Source of the DNA: Archangium sp.
GTDB taxonomy: Bacteria; Myxococcota; Myxococcia; Myxococcales; Myxococcaceae
NCBI GenBank assembly: GCA_031367385.1
Contig: JANLPS010000070.1
Location: 1 to 14,839, forward strand
Direction: 5' to 3'
DNA length: 14,839 nucleotides
In this document: positions 14,413 to 14,839 of the stretch, piece by piece
How the letters are laid out: every line of letters begins with the position of its first letter
Numbering within the stretch: the stretch's first letter is position 1
Notes under the pieces: generated by a model
Databases searched by the model: none
Told to the model about the DNA's origin: nothing
What the model saw: the letters and a program-made list of their open reading frames with translations, nothing else
Program-made: the position numbers and the translations under genes

Positions 14413-14839
14413 GTCGGTTTTGGGTGTTGGGTGTCGTCTTGCTCGGGTGGCCCGCGCACGCGCAGAGCCGTGATGGGGGCGCGGCCTCCGATGCGCCGTG
14501 GGCCGCTGATGCTCCGACGGTCACCGACGTCCCCCCCGCTCCCGTCGCCCCCCCGGCGACTGGTGCTCCGGGGCCCACCGCGGCTCCGACCCGTCGCAAC
14601 TTCCTCATCCCCGCGGTCGAGACCGAGCTGTTTCACCTTGCGCTCGCTTCGTTCAACAACCTCGCGCTGCGCGAATCATTTGCTCAAATTTCGCCCGACT
14701 CCGTTCTGAGCCACTTCGATGGCCGCCGACCGTGGACCTTCGACGTTGACAGCTTCGAGACGAACCAGGTCGGCCACCCAGTTCAAGGCATGCTGAGCTT
14801 CACCGCCGCGCGCAGCTCGGGCCTCGGGTTTTGGTGGGC
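14409..14839 (+). CDS. DUF3943-like secreted/outer-membrane protein, 3'-truncated by the window edge (absent from the ORF track)
   Basis: GTG 14409 opens an unbroken frame: signal MSRFWVLGVVLLGWPAHA, a Pro/Ala linker, then 'WTFDVDSFETNQVGHPVQGMLSFTAARSSGLGFWW', matching the D-x-F-x-x-N-Q-x-x-H-P-x-Q-G...A-A-R-S pattern I associate with DUF3943. Confidence 0.8.
   Translation, partial: MSRFWVLGVVLLGWPAHAQSRDGGAASDAPWAADAPTVTDVPPAPVAPPATGAPGPTAAPTRRNFLIPAVETELFHLALASFNNLALRESFAQISPDSVLSHFDGRRPWTFDVDSFETNQVGHPVQGMLSFTAARSSGLGFWW

Overview
High-GC bacterial window, most consistent with a myxobacterium (Myxococcota). This is inferred from the Cys-rich lipoprotein N-terminus, the very long chemoreceptor and the gene styles. 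The left part (1-6560) is accessory: the 3' end of a protein with a possible FTP/PepSY propeptide-like tail; a ~1150-aa predicted lipoprotein with 13 tandem EGF-like repeats and 12 Kelch-like blades; a divergent Gly/Ala-rich hydrophobic orphan; a disrupted gene with an in-frame TGA that runs into a palindromic 42-bp tandem repeat; and an Ala-rich helical orphan with a Lys tail. The right part holds a DeaD/CsdA-like DEAD-box helicase, a tight minus-strand cluster (HDAC-family deacetylase, SAM methyltransferase, VOC protein, YceI), a divergent orphan chemoreceptor whose signalling domain measures about 64 heptads and has a non-canonical hairpin tip, a small membrane protein, and the 5' part of a DUF3943-like protein. 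No rRNA, tRNA, CRISPR array or transposase/integrase was recognised. No novel system can be proven from the sequence alone. The best leads are the EGF-Kelch surface protein with its divergent neighbour, the deacetylase-methyltransferase cluster with the divergent chemoreceptor, and the repeat-associated disrupted gene.
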